Source: an uncultured Gemmatimonadaceae bacterium
GTDB taxonomy: Bacteria; Gemmatimonadota; Gemmatimonadetes; Gemmatimonadales; Gemmatimonadaceae
Reading direction: 5' to 3'
NCBI GenBank assembly: GCA_963781585.1
Contig: CAWAGQ010000004.1
Span: 96,001 to 160,000, forward strand
Length of the DNA: 64,000 nucleotides
The position numbers were made by a program, and so were the translations under genes. How positions within the stretch are numbered: the stretch's first letter is position 1; each line of letters opens with the position of its first letter. Shown one piece after another: positions 11,051-20,196 of the stretch. A model generated the notes under the pieces. It was given only the letters and a program-made list of their open reading frames with translations, ran no database searches and had not been told where the DNA came from.

Positions 11051-12526
11051 TTAGCGCAGAGTGCGCCCGACCGACCGCTCGAGGTCGGCGAACGCCTTGT
11101 GAAAGTCGTAGATCGCGGTGATCAACTGCGTTGCAACATTCTCGTAGTCGGAGCGCGCCTGCGTCAGCTCCACGAACGTGTTGGCACCGACTCGATACCT
11201 CGCCTCGGCGAGCTCCAGCGCCTCGCGAGCCGCTTGCTGATTCTGCTGCTGCAGCTGGACGGCCTCGTAGTCGGCGGTCAGCGTGCGGAACTTCGACGTC
11301 ACATCCGTCGCCACGCGCAGTTCGGTCGCGCGACGAGCGTAGCGCGCGTCGTTACGCGTGAGCGTGGCGTTTTCCAGCTGTTCCTCACGTCGGAACCCGT
11401 CGAAGATCGTGAAGCTGAGGCCGATGGAATACCCGAAGGGCTGGGTCGTGAAGTCGAAAGGATACTTCTCGTTGGCGGCACGAATCGCCGACTCTTGTGC
11501 CGGGCTGAAGGTAATCGCGTCACACTTGGCTGAAATCGAAGGAAGCCCCGCGCCCACGCGAATGGAGTCTTGGCTGAGACAGCTCGCCTTGCCCGCAATC
11601 GCAGATGCCTGGGCGCTTGCGATGGACGGCGCGATGTCCGTGTTGCGCTGCGTATAGCCGGACCGGCTGGTGCTGAAGGAGAGACTTGGAAGCCATGACC
11701 GCCCCTGGGTGGCGTGCACGGCCACGTTCGCCGATGCCTCGCGCTCCCGATCGGCATTGAGGTCGGGATTGTTTCGCTTCGCCATGTCGAGGAGGTCGGG
11801 AAGCTGGAGCGAGGGCTCCGTGACCGAGAACGTTGTGGTCAGGTTCACGCCATCCGGCATTTCGATGCCGATGTCCTGGAAGAGCGTCAACATCGCGACC
11901 TCGACAGCATTCCGATCGCGCAGCTGCTGCACGCGCACCTGGCCGAGCCGCACCTCGGCGGTGCGCACGTCGAGCGTGGTGCCGGCGCCCACCTGCTGCT
12001 TGGCGCGAGCCAGATCCAGCTGCGCCTGAGCGTTCACCAGCAGTGTATCCTGCAGCGCCGACTGGGCCTGAGCCTGCAGGACGTTCAGGTACTGCTGCAC
12101 GATCATGTATCGGGTCGCCTGTTCGGAACTCAGCACCGCCGCCTGCGCCGCATTGAGGTCGGCCTTGGCCACGCGCGGCTGCATGAACGACGCAAGGCTG
12201 TACTGCGCACTCAACCCCAGACTGTAGTTCGTTCCGATGACATCCGACGCTGCGCCGAGCGCCTGCCCCGCGAACAACTGCGTTCCCCCTTTGCGGAAGC
12301 TGGTGCCGAAGCTACTCGACAGTTGTGGAAGCAGGGAACCGTACGACGACCGGAGTGCAGCGCCGGCGCGGCCCTCCTGCGACTTGGATCGCAGGTAGTC
12401 CGGATTGTTCTTCAGCGCCAGCTGAATCGCCTCGGGCAGCGTGAGCGTGGGTCCGGCCGTCTGGTCCTGAGCGAACGAAACAACCGGTAGGCAGATCGCG
12501 ATTGCCAACGCAACGAGTCTTTTCAT
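11051..12526 (-). CDS. TolC-family outer membrane protein
   Basis: Signal peptide MKRLVALAIAICLPVVSFA, LTLPEAIQLALKNNP, ARYRVGANTFVEL. Alternative start 12553. Confidence 0.88.
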   Translation of the reverse strand: MKRLVALAIAICLPVVSFAQDQTAGPTLTLPEAIQLALKNNPDYLRSKSQEGRAGAALRSSYGSLLPQLSSSFGTSFRKGGTQLFAGQALGAASDVIGTNYSLGLSAQYSLASFMQPRVAKADLNAAQAAVLSSEQATRYMIVQQYLNVLQAQAQSALQDTLLVNAQAQLDLARAKQQVGAGTTLDVRTAEVRLGQVRVQQLRDRNAVEVAMLTLFQDIGIEMPDGVNLTTTFSVTEPSLQLPDLLDMAKRNNPDLNADREREASANVAVHATQGRSWLPSLSFSTSRSGYTQRNTDIAPSIASAQASAIAGKASCLSQDSIRVGAGLPSISAKCDAITFSPAQESAIRAANEKYPFDFTTQPFGYSIGLSFTIFDGFRREEQLENATLTRNDARYARRATELRVATDVTSKFRTLTADYEAVQLQQQNQQAAREALELAEARYRVGANTFVELTQARSDYENVATQLITAIYDFHKAFADLERSVGRTLR

Positions 12527-12705
12527 GGAAGGAGACGGGAACGGGTGGTCCATGGTCTGCCCTTCGTACGAGGTGCCTGCCGAAGGGGTTTCAGGGCAAC
12601 AAACCGTGAGACTACGGCCGTGGCCGAGACCGTTGCCGGGCCGTCCTCCCTTCCGCAGACGCCTTGCGATCCTGGGCGCTCCACACGTCGAGCGCCGCCC
12701 GTAAT

Positions 12706-13398
12706 CTACCTCGGCGGATCGTCCCGGATGGCAACGATGCCGCGCGCCGGGATCGCCACTTTCAGGACCCGATCCTTCGTATCCACCCACAGGTCGCGTT
12801 TGGCGCCGTCGCTCTCGGTCAGCACCAGGTGCCGGGCCTCGACGTCCTGACTGCCTATCGTCACATGATCGGTGCCGGCCGCGGACACACGCAGCTGCAC
12901 CTGCGTGTTGCGTTGTGGGACGATGATGGTCACTGCCCCGTTGGTAACGCGATGAGCGATGAAGTAGTACTGATGGTAGACGTCGTCGTCCAGCAGCAAC
13001 GCGCCGCTCGTGGTGATGAACTCTCGTGCGGACTCGCCGCGCGGATTCTGGATTTTCGCGCTGACACGCCCGCGCACGATGTTCGCCGTCCATTTCTCCT
13101 GCGAAGTCCCCGCGCTCTTGATCTCGACGGTATAGTAGGTCGGCGTCCCCGTGGAGTCGGCACGCAGTTCGGGTTCCAGGCGACGGCCGCCGCTCCCGTA
13201 CACCACTGTCGCGGTCGCCATGTAATCGGGGCCCTGACCGCCGGCTGGCCCAAGGATCCGGAAATCTTCACGTCCAGCGCGCTGTCCATTCACCGTGATG
13301 GTAAAGCTCCCCTGGTCGATCAGAGCGCCTTGAGAGAGAACGGGAGCCGGAAGCAGCACGGCCGCGGCAATTGCAACGAAGGGAGTGGGTGAGCGCAT
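12706..13398 (-). CDS. Secreted beta-rich hypothetical protein (possibly DUF3108-like)
   Basis: Signal peptide; G+E+F+I N-terminal motif; 'VTIGSQDVEARHLVL...LWVD..RVLKV' C-terminal pattern. Confidence 0.65.
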   Translation of the reverse strand: MRSPTPFVAIAAAVLLPAPVLSQGALIDQGSFTITVNGQRAGREDFRILGPAGGQGPDYMATATVVYGSGGRRLEPELRADSTGTPTYYTVEIKSAGTSQEKWTANIVRGRVSAKIQNPRGESAREFITTSGALLLDDDVYHQYYFIAHRVTNGAVTIIVPQRNTQVQLRVSAAGTDHVTIGSQDVEARHLVLTESDGAKRDLWVDTKDRVLKVAIPARGIVAIRDDPPR

Positions 13399-13480
13399 GG
13401 CGGGGAGTACACCCGATGAGTGTGGTCGTTCAAGCGAACGCGGGTCGCGGCGGACATGTCAGCACAATGCATTGCGTCCG

Positions 13481-14233
13481 CTAGACTTCGGGCTCCGGTG
13501 TCAGGAAGATCCTGTTTTTCACACGCTCCCGAATCCGGTGGTAAATGGCGGCTCCTTTCTCCGCCGATGCCAGCGACGGACGTCCCACGGATCCGGCACT
13601 CTCCCGGGGGATTCGATAGGTGGCCCGTTTTTGGCGTGCTGCCGAGCGTGGCTCGGCAAAGTAGTCCACTGCCAATTCCTGATGAACCAATTCGGGAGCC
13701 AGATGCAGCAAGACCGAAGTGTCCGCCTCGTCGCCATGCAGAGGTCCCGGGTCGCTGGCTAGCAGGTCCGTGATCCCCGTGGCGAAGACGTCCACCACCC
13801 GTACCCGCGCCCCTTTGGTAAAGACGGTTGCCAAGGCCTCCTGGTGGGGCTCATGACCGTGTGCGGTGAGCAGGATGAACTCCTGCACCCCTTGGGCCTC
13901 CCACGAATCGATGAGATCGTTCAGCGTGCGCAGGAGTGTCTTTCGGCGAAGCGTCGCATTGCCGGGGGCCTGCAACTCGGATTGTGCGTTCACCCCGTAC
14001 TCGAGAGTTGGCGCCCGCAGGATTCCGAACTCGGCCGAGAACGAATCGGCCAGGTGCTCCACGATGATGGTGTCGCAGCCAAGGGGAAGGTGGGGGCCGT
14101 GGTTTTCACAGGTTCCAACCGGGATAATCATCCGGGGATCGGCGCGCAGCGTGCGTGCGACCTCGGCCGGGATCAGTTCCTTCAGTCGCCGGGGCAGTGC
14201 CGAAGGTGATTGAGCAGGGGAGGACGTAGCCAT
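13481..14233 (-). CDS. Creatininase/MftE-family amidohydrolase
   Basis: IIPVGTCENHGPHLPLGCDT and GSVGRPSLASAEKG family motifs. Confidence 0.85.
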   Translation of the reverse strand: MATSSPAQSPSALPRRLKELIPAEVARTLRADPRMIIPVGTCENHGPHLPLGCDTIIVEHLADSFSAEFGILRAPTLEYGVNAQSELQAPGNATLRRKTLLRTLNDLIDSWEAQGVQEFILLTAHGHEPHQEALATVFTKGARVRVVDVFATGITDLLASDPGPLHGDEADTSVLLHLAPELVHQELAVDYFAEPRSAARQKRATYRIPRESAGSVGRPSLASAEKGAAIYHRIRERVKNRIFLTPEPEV

Positions 14234-14309
14234 TCGGATCGAAACGCCGGAGAGATTTCGCGAAGCGCCGGACCGGGCAGGATCGGGTCACGACGCATCG
14301 CGTCGGCAC

Positions 14310-17300
14310 ATGCCGATCGGAGGGGCGGTGTCGCGGTGGTGGCTCGCGCTGGTCGCGGGAGCCGCTCTGGGCATGGCACTCTGGCTGCGAACGATCAGCA
14401 TACCATATCTCGCGCTCTCTTCTCTCGCTACCGCGCTGGCCATAGCGGGCGCCCGTCTGGGCCGCGCCAGAGGGTGGGCGATGGCGGGGACCTTGCTGCT
14501 GGCGCTGAGCGCGGCCGTCGCTGGCGTCTACGAGCGGACTATCTCGGAGATCGATCACGACTGGGAGCGGTATTCGCGGGGCCTGGCGGAGGCGGGGGTC
14601 GTCGCACTCCGAACCGCGGTGACCCACGACGTCGAGGCGCTCAGGGTCGTCTCGCGAAAGGCGCTGGACGCCCCCAGCGACCGGACTGCTGCCTTTTCCA
14701 GCCTGGAGAGATTGCTCGCCGGACAGCGATGGCAGAACGGGGGCGTGGTCCTCCTGGGGGACACGGCGCGGATTGCGTGGGCGGGCGAAACCAGAGTGGC
14801 AGCGGAGGGCGTCGCCGATTCGCTCGCGATCCTGGCGAATCCGTTCTACATCAGTGTGGTAGTGACCGCAGGTGGCGCGGCGCGCCGCACGGTAGCCACA
14901 TCGGTCCTGCATGCCGACCCGCCCGGCGACCGGCTCACGCGATCTGTTGACGGGCCGGTGGTGCGGTCCTCTGGTCTCCGCGGGTTCGAGTATCGCGAAG
15001 GGAGCCGGACGGACAGCGGCTGGACCGTGCTGACCGTGGGCGGACATGACTTGATTTCGGTGCGTCCCGTTCCCTTGTCGCAGGGAGAAGCTCGTGTCCG
15101 CGCGGTCGAGCGCGCCCGGCTGGCCGGCGCGGCAGGACTGGTTCTGGCCTTGCTGGTGCTGATGGCTGTGGCCTGGTGGCGGCCGGCGTCGCTCGCCCAG
15201 CGACTCGTGGCGCTGGGGGTTGGCCTCGCCGCGACGGCGATCGTTCCGTTCAACGCGTACTCCAACGTTTCACGGATCTTCGACCCGGCGGCGTACTTCA
15301 CGTCGCTGGGTGGTCCGCTGACGGGGAATGTGGGGGCACTGGCGGCAACCGGGGCGCTGGTGCTGCTGGGCTGCCTGGCACTCGTCCGCGCTGGCGTCCG
15401 GTCACGCTCCCGGTGGCTGGCCGCGCTGATCGTGGCGGCAGTAGCCTCGTTAGGTCCGTTTCTGCTACGGGATCTGGCGCGCGGCATCACGCTGCCGCCG
15501 CGCGGTGCGCCGGCAATTCTCTGGCTCGCGTGGCAGATCGCGCTTTTCCTGGCGGCGTCGGCGATGCTGTTGATCGGCGCCAGTGCGGGTCGGCTGGCGA
15601 TGGCGGGCCGGCGAGGCTTGTCCCCGGTGCTGGCGCCGGCGATCGCGATCGTGGCGGTCGGTGCCGCCCCGCTGCTCTGGCAGCCACCGGGACGCTGGCC
15701 CGGATGGTATACGGTGTTGTGGATCGTGGCGATGGCCGCACTGGCTCTGGCCCGACGATCACGGGGACTGGTGCTGAATGTGGGAATCGCCGCGGCCTGC
15801 GGCGCGGTCACGCTGGCGTGGGGTGCCGTCTCGCAGGATCGGGTCGAGCTCGCTCAGCTGGACGTCTCGCAGTTGGCGGCCCCGGACTCCTCGAACGTTG
15901 AGCTGCTCGATCGATTCGGCGATGCCCTCGAATCGAGCCCGCCGCCGCTCGATCGCGCGGATCTGCTGCTGCGATACGTCCGCTCGCCGCTGGAGGCGGC
16001 CGGACATCCGATCGGCATGGCGGTCTGGCTTCCGGGAGAGGAGCATCCCCATGCCGAACTGCTGATCTCGGATTTCGAGCATCACCCCGAGTCGGAGCGC
16101 GCCCTGGTTGCCAGGGCGCGCGCCGCGGGCGTGAGGACCTGGGACCTGGACCGGTCGACACAGGGTGTGCAGACGCTGATGGCGGTCCCCTATCCGGACA
16201 GCGTGGTGGTGACGGTGATCATCGCGCCGCGAACTCTGCTCATTCCCGAAGATCCGTTCACGTCGCTGATCGGGCTCGCCCCGGTGGCCGCCACTGAACC
16301 GCCGTACGACCTGACCCTGAGTACCCTGCCGTCGCCGATGCCGCTTTCCGAGCGCCCGTCCTGGATCCGCGTGGACAACGAACTGCACGGTGACTGGCGG
16401 GTGCCCCAGACGGCCGGCACGTCGCGGGTGCACGTGGAGGTCGACCTGCGCGGACTCGACGTTCTGCTGCCGCGGGGCGCCCTGATTGTGCTGCTCGACC
16501 TGGTGATTCTCAGCGGCCTCTGGACGCTGGTCGCTCTGGCCGACGGCGGGTTCGTGCGGTGGGCATGGTATCGCGCGCGTCGATGGACCCGGAGCTATCG
16601 CGGTCGCCTCACCGTCACGCTGTTCGCGTTCTTCGTGATTCCGGCAGCCGCTTTCGCGTCCTGGTCGTACCGGCGTCTGCAGCTGACCGATCTCGATGCG
16701 CGGATACTGCTGGTGCGCGAATCCCTCCGCAGCATCACCGCCGGCTGGGAGGGCGAAGCGCTGGACTCGCTCAGCGACCGGTTTGACACGCCCCTGTTCG
16801 AGTATCGCAACGGCGCGCTGAGCGGCCAAAGCGACGGACTGTATGCGCTGCTGGCGCCCGTGGGACGCTACCTGCCGCCGTCGGTCGCCATCAATCTCGG
16901 CGTGGAGAGCGAGCTGACGGCCACCGCGCGGCCTCCGGTGGCGAGGACTCCGACGCTGTTCGGGTATCGCCCGGTCGTGACCAGCGCCGGAGAGCGCGCC
17001 GTGCTGGCCGCCCCCGCGCGGACCAATGAGCTCGCCCTGGACCGCGAGCGCCGGGACATCGGCATGCTGGTCCTGTTCGCGACCTCGTTAGGCGGTCTGG
17101 CCGCCCTGTGGCTGAGCGGGCTGGCGGCACGGGAACTGGAGCGCCCGGTTGGCGCGTTGCGCCGGGCGGCGCTGCGCATCGCCCGCGGTGAGCGATACGT
17201 CCGGCCCGGCGCGCCGCCGGCGCTGGAGTTCGGACCGGTGTTTTCCGCGTTCGAGCGCATGGACGCGGAACTGACAGCCGGGCGGGAGGCGCTCGAAGAG

Positions 17301-18293
17301 GCCCAACGTCGCACGGCGGCGGTGCTCCGTGATGTCGGAAGCGGGGTTGTGGCGACCGATCGGGACGGGATCATCACCATCGCCAATCCGCCCGCCGAAC
17401 GGATGCTGGGCCGCGCAATCGCTACTGGGGTGAGCCTCTCCACCGTGACGCCCGAGCTTGGCGAGCGCGCCGGCACCTTCCTGGCCGGCACCAGCGAGTC
17501 CGAGGTATTCGACCTGGAGCTGGGCGGACGGCAGCTTCGGGGCAGTCTGACACGGCTGGCCTGGGGAGGGGGTGGGGCGGTGCTCACGCTCGATGACGTC
17601 ACCGACCTCGCGCGCGCGCAGCGGGTTCTGGCATGGGGCGAGATGGCGCGGCAGGTGGCCCATGAGATCAAGAACCCCCTCACTCCGATGCGTCTCGGAG
17701 TGCAGCACCTGCGGAGGGCGCGTCACGACCGGCGCATCGACTTCGATCAGGTCCTCGAACAGAACGCGTCCCGGATCCTTGCCGAGATCGACCGACTGGA
17801 CGAGATCGCGCGGGCGTTCAGCCGATACGGGATGGCGGGTGCCGAGCACGACGCTCCGGAACGCGTGGACGTCGCTGAGGTGGCGCGGGACGTCGTGGAG
17901 CTCGAGCGGATGGGCGTGAGTGAGGTCCGCTGGCATATCGACGGCGCCGACGCTCCGGTCCCGGCCATGGCGCGCCGCGCGGAGTTGCGCGATGTCCTTC
18001 TGAATCTGCTGGAGAACGCGCGGCAGGCGCATGCGCGGAACATCACCGTGGGAGTGGAACGCCGCGATGGCCACGTCCAGATGGTGGTGGCTGACGACGG
18101 CGACGGCATTCCGCGGGAGAACCTGGCCCGCGTGTTCGAGCCGCATTTCTCCACGCGCACCAGCGGTAGCGGCCTTGGGCTCGCGATCAGCCGCGCGCTG
18201 GTCGCGTCCTGGGGCGGCGAGATGCAGGCCCGGAGCGGAGAGGGCCGGGGTACCGAAATGCGGATCACGCTGCGGGCGGCCGAGGATCCCTGA
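14310..18293 (+). CDS. Large multi-TM sensor histidine kinase, NtrY-like (HAMP-PAS-HisKA-HATPase)
   Basis: AWGEMARQVAHEIKNPLTP H-box, LLNLLENA N-box, DDGDGI G1, FEPHFST F, GSGLGL G2; many TM segments. Confidence 0.92.
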   Translation: MPIGGAVSRWWLALVAGAALGMALWLRTISIPYLALSSLATALAIAGARLGRARGWAMAGTLLLALSAAVAGVYERTISEIDHDWERYSRGLAEAGVVALRTAVTHDVEALRVVSRKALDAPSDRTAAFSSLERLLAGQRWQNGGVVLLGDTARIAWAGETRVAAEGVADSLAILANPFYISVVVTAGGAARRTVATSVLHADPPGDRLTRSVDGPVVRSSGLRGFEYREGSRTDSGWTVLTVGGHDLISVRPVPLSQGEARVRAVERARLAGAAGLVLALLVLMAVAWWRPASLAQRLVALGVGLAATAIVPFNAYSNVSRIFDPAAYFTSLGGPLTGNVGALAATGALVLLGCLALVRAGVRSRSRWLAALIVAAVASLGPFLLRDLARGITLPPRGAPAILWLAWQIALFLAASAMLLIGASAGRLAMAGRRGLSPVLAPAIAIVAVGAAPLLWQPPGRWPGWYTVLWIVAMAALALARRSRGLVLNVGIAAACGAVTLAWGAVSQDRVELAQLDVSQLAAPDSSNVELLDRFGDALESSPPPLDRADLLLRYVRSPLEAAGHPIGMAVWLPGEEHPHAELLISDFEHHPESERALVARARAAGVRTWDLDRSTQGVQTLMAVPYPDSVVVTVIIAPRTLLIPEDPFTSLIGLAPVAATEPPYDLTLSTLPSPMPLSERPSWIRVDNELHGDWRVPQTAGTSRVHVEVDLRGLDVLLPRGALIVLLDLVILSGLWTLVALADGGFVRWAWYRARRWTRSYRGRLTVTLFAFFVIPAAAFASWSYRRLQLTDLDARILLVRESLRSITAGWEGEALDSLSDRFDTPLFEYRNGALSGQSDGLYALLAPVGRYLPPSVAINLGVESELTATARPPVARTPTLFGYRPVVTSAGERAVLAAPARTNELALDRERRDIGMLVLFATSLGGLAALWLSGLAARELERPVGALRRAALRIARGERYVRPGAPPALEFGPVFSAFERMDAELTAGREALEEAQRRTAAVLRDVGSGVVATDRDGIITIANPPAERMLGRAIATGVSLSTVTPELGERAGTFLAGTSESEVFDLELGGRQLRGSLTRLAWGGGGAVLTLDDVTDLARAQRVLAWGEMARQVAHEIKNPLTPMRLGVQHLRRARHDRRIDFDQVLEQNASRILAEIDRLDEIARAFSRYGMAGAEHDAPERVDVAEVARDVVELERMGVSEVRWHIDGADAPVPAMARRAELRDVLLNLLENARQAHARNITVGVERRDGHVQMVVADDGDGIPRENLARVFEPHFSTRTSGSGLGLAISRALVASWGGEMQARSGEGRGTEMRITLRAAEDP

Positions 18294-18410
18294 GCGCTTC
18301 GCGCCGCTCAGGTCGGGCCCCGCGACTGCCGGCGAACCGCGCTGGTCGCGAGGTGAACGTACCGGTCAGGTGCGCTGGATTCCGCACTCGACCGTATCCA
18401 CTTTTCCTGA

Positions 18411-20186
18411 ATGGCTGTCACCCCATTCGACGGCGTGCGTGCGGTTCGCCAGACGCCCGCCCCGCCCCGTCCGAACGCCGTCACCCACGAGCTTCCGCCG
18501 CATTTGACGGGGTGGCAGCTGCCTCCCGACTGGCGGTGGGGCAGCGAAGGCGTGCTCCACGAGTTCCGCCACTACCAGGAAGTCGTCGATGCGTTAGGCA
18601 GATCCTTGTCACTGGTGAGCGTGCCGGACCCGTCGCACACCGGGTGGCTGGCTGCCGAAGCACGGTATCTGGCGCACCGGAATCACCCATCGATTCCGAC
18701 CACCTACCACTACTGGCCGCCCCACCGCGAGAGCCGCCGCGGGCCGGGGTACCTGCGACGCTGGATTTCCGCGGAAACAATCGGCTCGCGGGTGCGGCGA
18801 CTGGGACCGGAGACCATTCCGGCCATGATTGCGGTACTCCGCGCCGTCGGTTCCACGCTGGCCTATCTGCACGACACTGGCATGCCGCACGGCGGCCTGT
18901 CGCCGGAATCCGTCTGGGCCGCGCCGACCGGGCGGGTCTGGATGCTGGGGTGGCAATGGGCGGTAGCGCCGTCCGACGCGCCGCCCGGCGTCGCGCCCGA
19001 TGCCCGCTGGACCCCATGGCCGCCTGAATGGCCGGCTTCCGGCTGGCTGCCAACGACTGCGTCCGACCAGTGGCAGCTGGCCGCCACCTGCTTCCTGGCG
19101 ATCACGGGCGAGCTGCCGCCCAGCAACGACGTGCCCCCAGTTGGACTGGTCAGGCCGGAGTGCCCGCGTGGACTTGCCGAGGTCCTCGATCGGGCGCTCC
19201 GCCCGGAGCCGTCCGATCGGCATCCGTCGATCCCGGCTCTCCTTCGTGCACTGGAGCGCGCCGGCGTGGCGCGCCGTCTCTACCTCGAACGCGAGTTGCC
19301 GGGCGAGGCCGACACCGACGAGAAGCGCCTCCGCTGGGCGGTGGGCGACGACTACGATGTGCTCGGCTTCCTTGGACGCGGCACGTTCGGAAGCGTCTGG
19401 CGGGTCCGCGATCTTTCGCTGGAGCGCGAGGTGGCGCTCAAGATGCTGCACCCGACCGTGGCTGAGGATCAGATTGCGGTGGCCCGATTCCATCGGGAGG
19501 CGCGATTGGCCGCGCAGCTCGCACATCCGGCGATCATCCCGATCTTCGATTGGGACAGTCGTGGTGAGGTTGCATGGTACACCATGGAGCTGGCTGAAGG
19601 GGGCTCGATCGCCGATCTGGTCGCGCGCGCGGGCGCCCGGCCGTTCGTCGACGTCCGCGCGCCGATCGATGCGATCCTCGACGCGCTCGCCGCCGCCCAT
19701 GCCAGCGGCATCATTCATCGCGACCTGAAGCCCGAGAACATCCTCATCGACCGCTATCGACGCTGGCGTATCACCGACTTCGGCATCGCCAAGCGCGAGG
19801 AAGATCCGAGTGGTGCCACCGGCACTCCCGCGTTTGCCGCGCCGGAGCAGCTCTTGGGTGAGGCCCAGGGTCCGGCCGTGGATTGCTTCGCGGTCGCCGG
19901 CATCGTGGCGTTCGTGTTGTCGGGAGCACCGCCGTTTTCCGGTCACGATGCGCCATCCATTCTCGCCCAGCAGCTTGCCGACGGCTTCGACCCGGCACCG
20001 TTTCCCGAGCCGCTGCGTCCCTGGCTGGCAAAGGGTCTTGCGGCCGACCTGGAAGAGCGTTTTGCCGACGCCACCGAGATGCGGGCCGCCTGGCGCGAGG
20101 TGGTGCGCGAGATGCGGCGTCGAGCGAAGCGGATGGACTCGTGGTGGGGACGGGTGCTGCGCGGCCCGAACGCGCAAGCGGATTGA
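18411..20186 (+). CDS. Hanks-type Ser/Thr kinase with an N-terminal degenerate kinase domain
   Basis: C-terminal domain has GRGTFG, VALK, HRDLKPEN, DFG and APE. N-terminal domain has LAYLH..HGGLSPESVW and SDQWQLA. Confidence 0.88.
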   Translation: MAVTPFDGVRAVRQTPAPPRPNAVTHELPPHLTGWQLPPDWRWGSEGVLHEFRHYQEVVDALGRSLSLVSVPDPSHTGWLAAEARYLAHRNHPSIPTTYHYWPPHRESRRGPGYLRRWISAETIGSRVRRLGPETIPAMIAVLRAVGSTLAYLHDTGMPHGGLSPESVWAAPTGRVWMLGWQWAVAPSDAPPGVAPDARWTPWPPEWPASGWLPTTASDQWQLAATCFLAITGELPPSNDVPPVGLVRPECPRGLAEVLDRALRPEPSDRHPSIPALLRALERAGVARRLYLERELPGEADTDEKRLRWAVGDDYDVLGFLGRGTFGSVWRVRDLSLEREVALKMLHPTVAEDQIAVARFHREARLAAQLAHPAIIPIFDWDSRGEVAWYTMELAEGGSIADLVARAGARPFVDVRAPIDAILDALAAAHASGIIHRDLKPENILIDRYRRWRITDFGIAKREEDPSGATGTPAFAAPEQLLGEAQGPAVDCFAVAGIVAFVLSGAPPFSGHDAPSILAQQLADGFDPAPFPEPLRPWLAKGLAADLEERFADATEMRAAWREVVREMRRRAKRMDSWWGRVLRGPNAQAD

Positions 20187-20196
20187 GCCCCCGGAC

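Noticed and set aside
12554..13093. Long N-terminal extension of the TolC ORF (680 aa in the ORF track)
   Set aside because: It overlaps the real 12706-13398 gene in another frame. The signal peptide starts at 12526.
18289..18312. Hairpin CCTGAGCG-N8-CGCTCAGG after the histidine kinase (similar short stems at 31672-31690 and 34500-34516)
   Set aside because: No U-tract, and short GC stems are expected by chance at this GC content, so I did not call them terminators.
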